This document shows positions 26,288 to 39,325 of a stretch of 57,990 nt of DNA, piece by piece. The notes under the pieces are model-generated. The model saw only the letters and a program-made list of their open reading frames with translations. It made no database searches and was not told the origin of the DNA. The stretch lies in contig NW_021834301.1 of assembly GCF_006345805.1 (NCBI RefSeq), positions 1 to 57,990 of the forward strand. The letters run 5' to 3'. The translations under genes were made by a program, and so were the position numbers. Source of the DNA: Octopus sinensis. Taxonomy: Eukaryota. Positions within the stretch are counted from its first letter, which is position 1. Each line of letters begins with the position of its first letter.

Positions 26288-26840
26288 GCCCTGATGCAGT
26301 ACCAGGCAGTGGCTCTCATGGCTTCTGATCTTAACTGATTGGAAGTGTTATCATGTACGTTGTTTTGTCTTGGTATAAAAGATGGGCTACAGCAAATATT
26401 CTGCTCAATACCACAAATTTGCTTGTCAGTTGTTTGACCTTAACCAGTTGAGCATGTCCCTTAGTGGCTGACAATACGTGCATCTCTGATCACGAGCAGA
26501 AGTAGTGGGGGAGCATCATGGCCATGTGTTGAGAGGGATTCTTTGGAGTTTGAATAATTCACCTCTGGAAACATAGGTGTTTCGTTCAACATCCTAAAGC
26601 ACCCTTATTCAGGGACCTTTTGAGCAGGATGGGCTACTCAACCTGAAGAAAATTCTAACTGGGCCCCACCTGCAGGTCATGTGCTGTTTATTTTGATATG
26701 AGATTACCATGTCGCGCACATATGGTTGTGATGCATGTGCCTGGTGTACCTTTATCAGACGGGTAGTCATGATGGGTATATTGGGCTTCGTATATTTTAC
26801 CCCAGTGTCACTTTGATGGCATGCACTGCTCTCTCACTCA
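26288..26840 (+). mobile_element. (AAT)n-associated non-coding retroposon, longest copy (~550 bp)
   Basis: gccctgatgcagtaccagg...ggcatgcactgctctctcactca, embedded in (AAT)n; copies at 5821 and 37508. Confidence 0.85.
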
Positions 26841-26870
26841 ATAATAATAATAATAATAATAATAATGATG

Positions 26871-26918
<48 letters not shown>

Positions 26919-26921
<3 letters not shown>

Positions 26922-27230
26922 TCCCCAAGTGCTCCGAATTGAAAGTAGAAATGGCAAGACTGTATGGAACGTGAGAAGGTAATGTGAAAGTGATACCAGT
27001 GGTGATCGGAGTGTTGGGTTCAATCCCATGAAACTTCAAGACTTCTTAAGGCCACTGGAAATCCCATGCACGATTAATGTCTTGCAAAAAGCAGCCTTAT
27101 TGGGGACAGAACACATCTTAAGGAAAGTATTATCTGTCTGAGGTCTTTGTTGTGACTTAACAGATGAATAAAGACTCTGGTGCATTTTTTTTTTACCTAC
27201 ACTGTGTTACGAAGGAATAATAACAATAAT
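26919..27230 (+). pseudogene. Dong/R4-like non-LTR element 3' end (restriction-like endonuclease C-terminus)
   Basis: KIPKCSELKVEMARLY..VKVIPVVIGVLG..LQKAALLGTEHILRKVLSV-stop (27141), short 3'UTR, (AAT)n on both sides. Confidence 0.8.
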
Positions 27231-27234
27231 AATG

Positions 27235-27410
27235 TTTTCAAAGTTTGCCACAATGGCAGCTGTATTTTGTGGGGGGAGGGGGCCAATCGATTACATCGAC
27301 CCCAGTGCGTAACTGGTACTTATTTTACCGACCCCGGAAAGATGAAAGGCAAAGTCGACCTCAGCAGAATTTGAACTCAGAACATAAAGACAGACGAAAT
27401 GCCGCTGAAT
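27235..27410 (-). mobile_element. SINE family B (Nin/Deu-like domain), partial
   Basis: actggtacttattttaccgaccccggaaagatgaaaggcaaagtcgacc; further partial minus copies at ~25850-26200 and ~37970-38090. Confidence 0.75.
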
Positions 27411-27619
27411 AATAATCGTTTCAAACTTTTTGACAGCAGACACGTAATTTTAGGGGTACCATCCACCCCTTATCGAGGGAGTTGAAAGACAAAGCTTGAC
27501 ATCGGCTGGATTTGAACCGCGGTCGATACCGTTATCGTCACATTTTACCACGAACACAATATATATATATCCCAAATATCATTATACCCCGCTACCATGA
27601 CCACCACAATCGACGCAGC

Positions 27620-27802
27620 CATCATGTTCCGCCACCCACGTCGTCACCATCACCGTAATCGTCTTCGTCCTCGTAACCACCACCACCACCACCATCGTCC
27701 TGCACCTTCCCCCCTTCGTGCTCGTCGTTATAACAACAATCTAACATCATCATCATTGTCATCATCAACACCAACACCACCACCACCACCATCATCATCA
27801 TT

Positions 27803-27834
<32 letters not shown>

Positions 27835-27906
27835 TGTCATCATCAACATCACCACTACCATCATCATCATTATCATCACCGCTGCCGCCGCCATCGCCAC
27901 CACCAC

Positions 27907-27941
<35 letters not shown>

Positions 27942-28345
27942 CCGCCGCCGCCATCACCACCACCATCACCACTACCACCATTATCATCATCATCACTACC
28001 ACCACTACCACAACCACCACCACCACCATCATCATCATTATCACCATCATCATCACCATCATCATCACCACCACTACCACCATCATCATCATCACCATCA
28101 CCATCATTACTATCATTACCGTCGTCGTCGTCGTCGTCACCATCACCGCCATTTCCTTCACGACCACCACCACCGACACTTCCACCACCACATTCATCAA
28201 CATCATCACCACTTCCACCCTCTTTACCTTCATCAAATCCACTATGACCCCCCCCCACCACCACCATCGCGACCATCAGTATTATTACCACCACCATCAC
28301 CACCACGACCTTTACCATCATCACCACCACCAGCATCGTCATTAT
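27620..28345. repeat. (CAT/CAC)n compound microsatellite
   Basis: Direct reading; similar tracts at 38090-38855 and 48165-48420. Confidence 0.95.
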
Positions 28346-28715
28346 CGCAACCATTCGATATTCAATCAATACCTCACCAATACATACCTCGTATCGATCA
28401 AATTAATGGGAAATATCAAAGTTGCAACGCTATTTCTACCTGTCTAAAGATTTCCACGGTTTTATTTCTCCGCACTCACCCCCCTTCCTCCCCCCACCTC
28501 TTCCACCCTCTCTCTCTCTATATATACATACTCATACACCTATGTGTGTTTATATGTATGTATGTACGTACGTATGCATGTATGTATGAATGCATGTGTA
28601 TATGAATGTATGTGTGTATGTGTGTGAGTGTATGTCCACGCCCGTGTGTCCGTCCGTATCTCTATGTAACTATCCCTATATCTCTGTATGTTTATGTGTG
28701 TATGTATGTGCCTGG

Positions 28716-28748
<33 letters not shown>

Positions 28749-28861
28749 ATATTGGAGGGTTTGGAGATGATGTACAGGTATTATATATTAGAAGAAATGA
28801 GGTAATCAGAAGATCGGATGGTTTATATTTACAGATATTTATTTGTATTTTTCTTTTTTAT

Positions 28862-29190
28862 CCCCGTCTGTCTTGATAGACAATGGGTTGCGCCAAGGTG
28901 GGGCCTACTTTGATGATGTGCAGCGTCTGCTGTGACTGAACAGTCCAATTCTAGAGTGGCAGTCCTTGGTACAGTTGCTGCACACGAACATCGATGGGTA
29001 CGTGTGGGGTGTTGCTGCAGTTGTCCTCCTCCTGTCCCGCCTGTCCAACCACAGCTGTGCTCTCCTCTCCTCAGCCATGGAAACGCCCTTCCTCACCGTC
29101 CGACGCCAGGCAGAGCGGTCAGCAGCTGTTTCCTCCCACGTGTCCACACAGATGTTGGCAGTCCTCAGGTCGCGCTTGCACACGTCCCTG
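28862..29190 (-). pseudogene. RTE-clade LINE 3' end
   Basis: CKRDL..WEETAADRSAWRRTV..FVCSNCTKDCHSRIGLFSHSRRC-stop, then a short 3'UTR. Confidence 0.85.
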
Positions 29191-29914
29191 TATATATCAT
29201 ATCACTTAGATCATTAGCGCTTTCTCCCATTCTAGTGGGGTTTTCAAATCAAACTAAGTTATATAAAAAATGTAATATACAAATAAATATCTGTAAATAT
29301 AAACCATCCGATCTTCTGATTACCTCATTTCTTCTAAACCGAAGAGATAGTGTTGTGGATTTCCACTTCGGCATCTGAAACTCAGAGTTTTATCTTGACT
29401 ATCGAGTAACATGTAATTGTATAGATAAATTTCTTTCTTTCTTCTGTTATCTTACCGTTTTACATATATATATATATATATATATATATACTTATACAGA
29501 GCAAATAATTCACGAGAAAAATTAATTTGCGAAGATATCATTGTCTCTGTTATTATCTCGTGTAACAATTTAAAAATGATAATAACAGAATCAATGATAT
29601 AAGCGATTGCAGGTCCAGAAAGGCATTGAATAGCTGAAGGATTAGAATTAGTCAAATGACCTACTAAGTACGTCTCACTGCTACATATATACATATAGCT
29701 AGATAGACAGACAGACAGACATGTATGTAGGTATGTATATGTGTGTATGTATGTAAGCATCTATGTATGCGTGTATATATGCAAACACATATTGACATAC
29801 ATATTGACACGTACTTACATCCATTCATACACAAGCACAAACGCACACACATAAATACATACATGCTTACAAAGATGTATGTGTGTGCGATGGGCTGGGG
29901 GTGCGCGCGCATGC

Positions 29915-30085
29915 GCTTTTACTCTTTTACTTGTTTCAGTCATTTTGACTGTGGCCATGCTGGAGCACCGCCTTTAGTCGAGCAAATCGAACCCCATGAC
30001 TTATTCTTTGTAAGCCTAGTACTTATTCCATCGGTCTCTTTTGCCGAACCGCTAAGTCACGGGGGACGTAAACACACCAGCATTG
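29915..30085 (-). mobile_element. SINE family A, 3' part
   Basis: ttttactcttttacttgtttcagtcattttgactgtggccatgctggagcaccgcc. Confidence 0.85.
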
Positions 30086-30174
30086 GTGAAATTACACTTG
30101 TACTCGTCCTCTGCTAATACTAATCTATATTTCTGAGATGAGGAATTATGTACATTATTTACAATGGAATGAGA

Positions 30175-30316
30175 TGTTACCACAACGTTTCGGCTGGTGT
30201 ACTCTCCAGCCTCCATCAGGTGTTCTGGTGGAATTTCGAATCCAACCCTTTATTTAACTAATGGGGTACTCTGTTCTCATCCCTAAGGTATTCCTTTTTT
30301 TTAATGCTGACGTTAT
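30175..30316 (-). mobile_element. Penelope-type terminal repeat with hammerhead motif (30181-30222)
   Basis: Minus strand cac-ctgatgg-a-ggctgg-agagtaca-ccagcc-gaaacgtt-gtg; inverted partner at 31114-31249. Confidence 0.7.
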
Positions 30317-30511
30317 TATTTCTGTTATTTTTTCAGGGACTTGGGAAATAATCTACTACAATAATACTCTTGTGTTTTTCTCTGTCACAACATATGAATG
30401 AGAATGTAAGGGGTGATAGATGACTAAGGAAAGAACGGGTGATGGCAAACTGGTGGATGGTAAACAGTCAACGCCGAAAAGAAAATCAAACGGCGTTTCA
30501 ACTCTGTGTGC

Positions 30512-30567
<56 letters not shown>

Positions 30568-30651
30568 ACAAGGGAAGTTTGTGAATGTATGTGAACATTG
30601 ACAAGTGTATTAGTTTGATTTACCATCCATATTTATATACAAGATACCACA

Positions 30652-31067
30652 TAGGCGTAGGAGTTGCTGTGTGGTAAGTAGTTTGCTTACCAGCCACATG
30701 GTTCCAGGTTCAGTCCCACTGCGTAGCACCTTAGGCAAGTGTCTTCTTCTATAGCCTCGGGCCGACCAAAGCCTTGTGAGTGGATTTGGTAGACGGAAAC
30801 TGTAAGAAGACCGTCGTATATATGTATATATATATGTGTGTGTGTGTGTGTGTCTTTGTGTGTGTCTTTGTATGTCCCCCCAACATCGCTTGACAACCGA
30901 TGATGGTGTGTTTGTGTCCCCGTAACTTAGCGGTTCGGCAAAAGGGACTGATAGAATAAATACTAGGCTTACAAAGAATAAGTCTTGGGGTCGATTTGCT
31001 CGACTAAAGGCGGTGCTCCAGCACGGGCACAGTCACATCACTGAAACAAGTAAAAGAGTAAAAGAGT
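30652..31067 (+). mobile_element. SINE family A, full length
   Basis: Same head, core and tail as 2352-2766. Confidence 0.9.
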
Positions 31068-31113
31068 TAGCCGTCATTTTTGACAGCACGAGGCCAGCTA
31101 GTATCTAAAGAAA

Positions 31114-31295
31114 CAACATCAGCAAAAAAAGAATATCTTAGGGATGAGAATAGTGTACCCCATTAATTTAATAAAGGGCTGGGTTCGAAATTCCACCAGG
31201 ACACGTGATGAAGGCCGGAGATTGCACCAGCCGAAACGTTGTGGTAACAACAAACAAGATGAGGACACCTATCCGTCCGTCGTAAATAATGTCCT
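31114..31295 (+). mobile_element. Penelope-type terminal repeat with hammerhead motif (31202-31243)
   Basis: cac-gtgatga-a-ggccgg-agattgca-ccagcc-gaaacgtt-gtg. Confidence 0.7.
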
Positions 31296-32226
31296 TTGCT
31301 GTGCCAATAACCAGGAGATGTAAATCTAACGCCAAGGCACGGTATCTAGCATTGGTCCCCTACTCACTTAAGGGCTCTTGACCAAAGTAATGTCAGGAAG
31401 AGCAATTCATTGAAAACCACACTTGTTGATTGACCGAACGATTAATCAAACCACCGATTAGTTAATTGGTTAACTAGTTAACCAATACTAAAATAAGGAA
31501 ATGAAAATGGAACCAAAGCGTGTGTTTATTACTGGTATGATGACCCTCCCAAGATACAGCAAAATCTGTCTCAATATATGAGCTTACATCAAGACTCCTG
31601 CAAACCAAATACACGAAGCACAAAATCCATGCTTTAGCATGGGGTCCCTAAATACGTGAGGCTCTCGGCCAACTGACCAGAGCTGTATACACTTTAAGAC
31701 GGTCTTGTGTGGCCTTCACCCATGGGATATTACATTCTGAATGCATGAAGGCGCGTAGACTAGTGGTTAGAGTGTTGTGTTCACGATTACAAGATTGTCG
31801 TAGCGATTCCCGGAGGCGAAATTTTTTTCCAACGAGAGTTCCGGACCCCAGTAATGAACTCATTTGCATACAGCCAATCATAGCTCACCTTGAAAATCCA
31901 CACACCGTGTACTACTACAGCACAACCAGTCAGGCATAGAATGGTGCGTGTCACTCTGTGAGTACAGCATAGCAGGTCTCACATAAGCACCACATTCCCC
32001 GCTCCATCACCCTCATAGATCAATTGATCTCGATATGGAGCTAACATTAGGTGCCTATGCTCAGACTGAGATTAGTGATACAACATGAACCCTTGATATA
32101 TACAAAGAGGGCGCAAAACGGCACAACGCCATATTGATTACGATGTTTCAAGATCAACACCAACATTTTGAATTAGGAATGTACAAAATCAGTCAAAAAA
32201 ATTACGAAACTACAGTCATTTACATA

Positions 32227-32585
<359 letters not shown>

Positions 32586-32589
32586 CCAC

Positions 32590-32627
<38 letters not shown>

Positions 32628-32630
32628 ATA

Positions 32631-32706
<76 letters not shown>

Positions 32707-33226
32707 GTGTGTTGTGTGTGTGTGTGTATATATATGTATATATACTATATATACAATATTATATTCTTCATATTTTTTTTATTTTTCCTAATTGTTAATT
32801 AGCCATTCCAGTCATTGGACGAAGGTGATCCACTTCACCTTCCAACGGTGCTCTTTGCAGCCCATGGGAAACCGTCCCGCACCTCCGTCTCGCTGTCGTC
32901 AATGAAAGCAAACAGAATCGGTGTTTGACTTTCAAATCTCTCTTTCAAGGTTATTTTCGTTGGCGAACGTGAAAAGACGAGAACAGACGGGAAGAGGCGA
33001 CGGTGACGATGAACAGAAAGGAATTCTACGATAACTTGCAAATGTCTTTTATAGGAACGGCACCCGAAGGCCTAGGTCATCGACACCGACGGTGCAATAC
33101 GGGTGTACGTGTGCGTGTGTATGTGTGTGTGCGTGTATGTGTGCGCGTGTGCGCATGCATGTATGTATATTTATAATATATATATATATTTACATTTATG
33201 TATAGGTAGATATATGAATATGTGTG

Positions 33227-33274
<48 letters not shown>

Positions 33275-33424
33275 ATATATATAATATTATATATATATTA
33301 TATATATATATATGACAATTTATAGATAATTCCTCTATTTTACATAATATCGAGGTCGCATTCATTCTTTTGTGGTCATATTATTAATACACACACACAC
33401 ACAACACACACACACACACACACA

Positions 33425-33527
<103 letters not shown>

Positions 33528-33683
33528 TATGTGTCAGCCGAAATTGCGAAGATGATCTGGCTCTTGACTGATGACTGAGGGCTTCGAATGTCCCGTCCTG
33601 TGGTTCTTGTGTCGTCTCCTTGGTGTTTCACGTTCTTGTCCCAGTTTGTATATATTTTTTACTTTTTACATATATATACATAC

Positions 33684-33790
<107 letters not shown>

Positions 33791-34037
33791 TATATACACA
33801 CACACATATATATTTATCACTTTATGCACACATGTATCACTCTCTGTCTCCCTGTAAACATATAAGTGTGTGTGTGTATGAGTATATATAATATATATGT
33901 GTATATATATATAATATATATATTATATATATATTATATATATAATATATATATACACATATATAATACATACATTAGTACATAATACATTCACACACAT
34001 GTATATATATATATATGTATGTATGCATGTTTTATAC

Positions 34038-34089
<52 letters not shown>

Positions 34090-34090
<1 letters not shown>

Positions 34091-34265
34091 GGGAAGCTTT
34101 ATGAAAATAAACAAAAGACGAAGGCAGGTGGAGTACAAACAAACAAATGTATTAGTATGGCGCTCAGGAATATAAATAAAACAAGTCTTTTACGTTTCGA
34201 GCCTACGCTCTTCGACAGATAGTTACACAGAAAAAAAAACAAGGAGAGAAAAAAGGAGTGAAAAA
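34090..34265 (-). mobile_element. Penelope-type terminal fragment with hammerhead-like motif (34191-34218)
   Basis: Minus strand ctgtcga-a-gagc-gtag-gctc-gaaacgta; same architecture as 9797. Confidence 0.55.
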
Positions 34266-34343
34266 AATGAGAGTACATACATATACACACACACATACTC
34301 ACACAAACACAAACTAACATACACACACATATACACACACAGG

Positions 34344-34556
34344 CGAACGGGTACTGAAAAATTCCTGGCTTTAAGGGTTTCGCGAATGCCCTGGTTGGAG
34401 ACCGAAACTTCGGAGCTCTTTTCCAGGCGTCTGAAAAACTGAAGGACCGCTGCAATAAGTGTGGGAACGGGAGAGGCGAATGTGCTGGATAAAATCACAA
34501 TTAACTGGTCCTCCAGTATTATCTTTTATCCAAAGCCAGGAACTTTTCAACACCCT

Positions 34557-34560
<4 letters not shown>
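34344..34560 (+). mobile_element. Mariner-derived MITE (~215 bp)
   Basis: TIRs gggtactgaaaaattcctggcttt / aaagccaggaacttttcaacaccc; internal FQASEKLKDRCNKC..RGE..stop resembles the mariner transposase C-terminus. Confidence 0.75.
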
Positions 34561-34587
<27 letters not shown>

Positions 34588-34843
34588 TCATATTACATAC
34601 ATGTACGTGTTTGTATTATGTGCGTACATATGTGTAATTATCTACGAGTGTGTAAATAGAGTGAATTTATTAAGAACTGTCACGATGTCTCGATAACTCA
34701 ATAATAACTACGTGGCTGTCTGTTAATGTGTGTGTGTGTGTCTGTGTATGTCTGTGTGTGTCTGTGTGAGTGTAAATAAGCGCGTTAGGGTTTGAGTTAA
34801 ATATTTGTATAAATGCAAATGTTTCCAATGTCATCCACGCTAT

Positions 34844-34919
<76 letters not shown>

Positions 34920-36129
34920 TCATACACATGCGGGTATGTGTGTGTGTACGTATGTAAGTATATATGTATATATACATATATATATATACATACATATGTA
35001 TGTATGTATATATAAACAGACTTTCTATAATTGCTTTGATGTCGCAGTTTCTCACATTCTTTAAAGGTTGTTCACCCTTTTCGAAGAATCGTATCTTTTA
35101 ATGCCTTTGAATCGTTGCAGTTTTTTTTCTTCCGTCTCTTTATGTTGTGAGTTCAAATCCAGTAAGATTTACTGATGCTTTTCATCCTTTTGAGATCGAT
35201 AAAATAAGGTACTAATCAATTTCTAGAAGTCACTGGTTCGATTCTCAGACCAGGCGGCGTGTTGCGTTCCTCGGGGAAACACTTCATGTAACGTTACCCA
35301 ACCACTCTGTGGAGGGTGGCAGCATGTCAAAGAATAGACCCAACGGTTCTGCCGTGTGTCGTAAAAGGCGACTAAAATCGAGTGAGATAGAATTTGCACC
35401 CCGACCTCGTACGACGCTCGCCAGTAACGACTACGCAGCCAGACCCATGGATTACGCGTTCGGTTGTCTATGGATGCTCTCCGCAAATGCAGGACAACTG
35501 GGCTGCTTTCATGTTTCAGAACATTGCTCTTGTAAAGCCTATTTGGAAGGGACAGTTGTCCTGGGCAGCAATAACAAACCACCCACTTTCAGTTTGAGAC
35601 CAGAGCATGGCAACCACGGATGAGTTCAGGTTCGATCTACACCAGGTCATTCGCCTCGCAGGGGCTATTGCACCCATTTCTCTCTAATATTTTGGAAGTT
35701 TTCGTTTGTTTTGCCTGGTCAGTTGGGGACGCATTTTGTTCGCGTACCGGTTTGTCTTGTTGCATTTCTCGAAGGTGTATTTTCACGTTTTTTTCATTAC
35801 TGAGTGCAACTTTTTGGTATCTTCACCTTTCAGAACCAGCTTTACCACCCAGTCCACATATCCTATATACATAGGCAGAAAATCCTATGGTTGTAATAGT
35901 CAATGAGAGTTGAGATTGTATTAACCTCCGTCCGCCTTCTTTTCTATTTGTGTAGACCACAGCTGAAACAATTTCTAAAACTAATAGATAACAACTTCCC
36001 ACCTTCACATAAAAACTATATATATAATAACATCTATATATACATATATATACATATATACATATAATACATATATATACATATATATACATATATACAT
36101 GTAGATAGATAGATAGATAGATGATAGAT

Positions 36130-36170
<41 letters not shown>

Positions 36171-36538
36171 CAGATAGATAGACGAAATACCTATTTCCCC
36201 ACTTTATATAGCAACCAAGATATTACTGGTATTGTCTAAAATAAGCCGCATGCATACTTCGTTGTTGTGTTCGTGTTTTTGTTGTAAAAATGCCTCGAAA
36301 AATAAAAGAAATTATCTGGATGTGGAGGATATTTCACCTTTATACGGCATACCGATTAAATGGCAACGAACGGAGAAAATATTCTGAAAAATACGCATTT
36401 GAAATATAATTATCAAACGCAAAGTAATTAATCTCATCTCAAGCTCATACGGATGATATCTGTCGATGAGAAATCTAAAACATATAATAATATTACTTAG
36501 CATAGTTTGGGTACTAATTTTTAATTGAATATCTTAAG

Positions 36539-36715
36539 TATTGGGTTGTCCGGAAAGTTCGTGCCGATTTATAGCAGTTTACCTTTCAACTTATTTTAGA
36601 ACATGGCTGAGTCCATAAAACAGGATTTGGCTACACCTCCATTTAGAGCACAGTTTAAGCTATCTTTTCGTGGAAGAAGGTTTATGTTCCTATAACCTGT
36701 GTTAATTCTGTAACT
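36539..36715 (+). mobile_element. Mariner-like left end
   Basis: TA-ttgggttgtccggaaagttcgtgccgattt TIR-like start; no partner TIR seen. Confidence 0.5.
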
Positions 36716-37014
36716 AAGCTAAATTAATATGATAAAAGTTATCAGTTAGCGTTAGCTTCCGCTAATTTTTTTATCGGTTTAGCGGTTTAGCATTTGCGAA
36801 GCTAACTTTTTTAGTTAGTGGATTAACGATTACCGAAGCTATCTTTTGGCTCAACTGTACCCATCACTGTTTATGCATATACATATGTGTGCGCGTGTGA
36901 GTGATGTCATTGTGTGTGGTTTCATCAGTGAATGAAAACAAAGAAGACAAAGGCACAGAAAGAGACAGACAGACAGACAAATAGAGAGAGAGAGAGAGAG
37001 AGATTAAAGAATAC

Positions 37015-37507
37015 AGACCAGATATTGTTGTCAACTACCAGGAAATGAAGTTCTGAAGTTCTTCCTGTCAAAGCAGCTGTTCCAATATACGATCATTTCT
37101 CCGTAGTTGTCAGAGATCACCAAGAAAAAATTATTTCTAATCGATGTATCAATACCAACAGATGACAACGTTTCTCTAAAAGAAACGGAGAAACTTTCAA
37201 AATACAAAGATCTGGAAATAAAGGTAACTCAAATTGGAGTCTAAAAGCAGAAACAATTCCTATCACATTAGGCGCATTAGGTATGATAAAAATAATATTC
37301 AGACAAATACATAACAAAAACACCAGGACTTACAAACACATATAACATACAGAAAATAGCACTATTGGACACCGCACACAATCTACGCAAAACGCTTTCA
37401 ATACAGGGAAAATAAGAGCGCCACAACAAACCACAGCACATACCCAAGGAACACAGAGCTGCATGCGGTAGTGCAGTGAAAGCACGTGATAAAAAAATAA
37501 GACTACT
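37015..37507 (+). pseudogene. Dong/R4-like 3' end (PD..D-type endonuclease) plus 3'UTR
   Basis: RPDIVV..IDVSIPTDDNVSLKETEKLSKYKDLEI..TIPITLGALG..IQKIALLDTAHNLRKTLS, stop at 37415; ~80-bp insertion flanked by gttgtca. Confidence 0.85.
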
Positions 37508-37912
37508 GCCCTGATGCAGTACTAGGCTTCTCATCTTAACTGATTGGAAGTGTCATCATGTACATTGTTTTGTCTTGGTATAAAAGATGGAATACAGCAA
37601 ATATTCTGCTCAATACCACAGATTTGCTTGTCAGTTGTTTGACCTTAAGCAGTTGAGCATGTCCCTTAGTGGCTGATAATATGTGCATCTCTGATCACAA
37701 GCAGAGGTAGCGGGGGAGTATCATAGCCATTTGTTGAGAGGGATTCTTTGGGTTTTGAATAATTCACCTTTGGAAACATGGAAACATGTTCAACATGCTT
37801 AAACAATCCTTATTCAAGGACCTTTTGAGTGGGATGGGTTACTCGACCTGAATAAAATTCTAACAGGACCTCACCCAGTGTCACTTTGATGGCATGCACT
37901 GCTCTCTCACCC

Positions 37913-37913
<1 letters not shown>
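37508..37913 (+). mobile_element. (AAT)n-associated retroposon, internally deleted copy
   Basis: Same 5' start and 3' end as 26288-26840, followed by (AAT)n. Confidence 0.8.
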
Positions 37914-37946
<33 letters not shown>

Positions 37947-38092
37947 TAATAATAATATAATAATAATAATAATCCTTTCTGCTAAAGGCACAAGGCTTGA
38001 AATTTGAGGGGAGGGGATAAGTCGATTACATTGACCTCAGTGTTTCACTGGTACTTAATTTATCGACCCCCAAATGTATGAAAGGCATCATA

Positions 38093-38178
<86 letters not shown>

Positions 38179-38575
38179 TTCGAATTTTGGCGGAGTGTCA
38201 GCAGTTTTCGTGGGAGGGTTACGTCGACCACCAATGTTCAATTCGTACTTTATTTTATCGAACTCCGAAGGAATGGAGAGCAAAGTTGTTCTCGTTGAAC
38301 TTAGAATCTAAGAATCCGTGGGGGCGGGGGAGGGGGGATGCTCCTGAGCAGTTTGTCCGACTCGACATGCCAACAATTCTACCAACTAGCGACTTTCATT
38401 GCCGCTATCATCGTCGTCATCGTCGTTCTCGTCGTCGTCATCATTATCGTCATTATCGCCAGCGTCGACATCATGTTCATCGTCATCATCATTTTCATCA
38501 GAATCACCACCACTATCATCATCATCATCATTATCATTGACATCATGTTTATCATCATCATCACCACTACCACCA

Positions 38576-38608
<33 letters not shown>

Positions 38609-38743
38609 GCATCATCATCATCGTCATCATCATCATGATCGTCGTCGTCGTTGTCGTTGTCGTCATCATCATTATCATCAGTATCGTCATTATCGCCAGC
38701 ATCGACATCATGTTCATCATCATCATCATCATCATCACCACCA

Positions 38744-38775
<32 letters not shown>

Positions 38776-39117
38776 TCATCACCACCACCACCACCACCAA
38801 CACCACCATCATCATCATCATCGTCATCATCATCATCATCATCAGTATCATCGTAAAACTATATTTTCTTAAGACCAACTTAGTCCCTGTTTCCAGCAGA
38901 CAAAACACCTGCCGATCAATATATCAATTAAAATGGGTTATTCAGAGCAATACTATGGCAGATGCTGCGACAGGATAATCTCCCATATTTCACATGGCGA
39001 TTTCAGTGGACTTATTGAGGTTTAGCATATCTCCATGTGGGTAATGCTGTGCTGTTTATAATCTGCTTGGACTGTGACATGAACTGAAGCAAAATGTCTG
39101 CTTTTTATTGAAATGTT

Positions 39118-39325
39118 TTGTTTGTTCCTTCTCGAGCCATGCGTAGCTCATAAGGGCCGGTTTCCCGGTTTCCTTGGCGTATAGGTTTCCCACCTGGGAA
39201 ACCTATACAATGTTTTGCTAAGATGTTTTGCTCATAAACACACACACCGCCCGGTCTGAGATTCGAACCCGCGATCCCTCGACCGCGAGTCCGCTGCTCT
39301 AACCACTAAGCCATCTGCCTCCACG
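39118..39325 (-). mobile_element. tRNA-Arg-like SINE with body deletion
   Basis: Family C-like head (minus, 39240-39322) joined to a different tail ..ccggcccttatgagc..ctcgagaaggaacaaacaa. Confidence 0.65.

Noticed and set aside
27597-28369. Pro/Ser/His- or Gly/Asp-rich ORFs
   Set aside because: Translations of the (CAT/CAC)n microsatellite.
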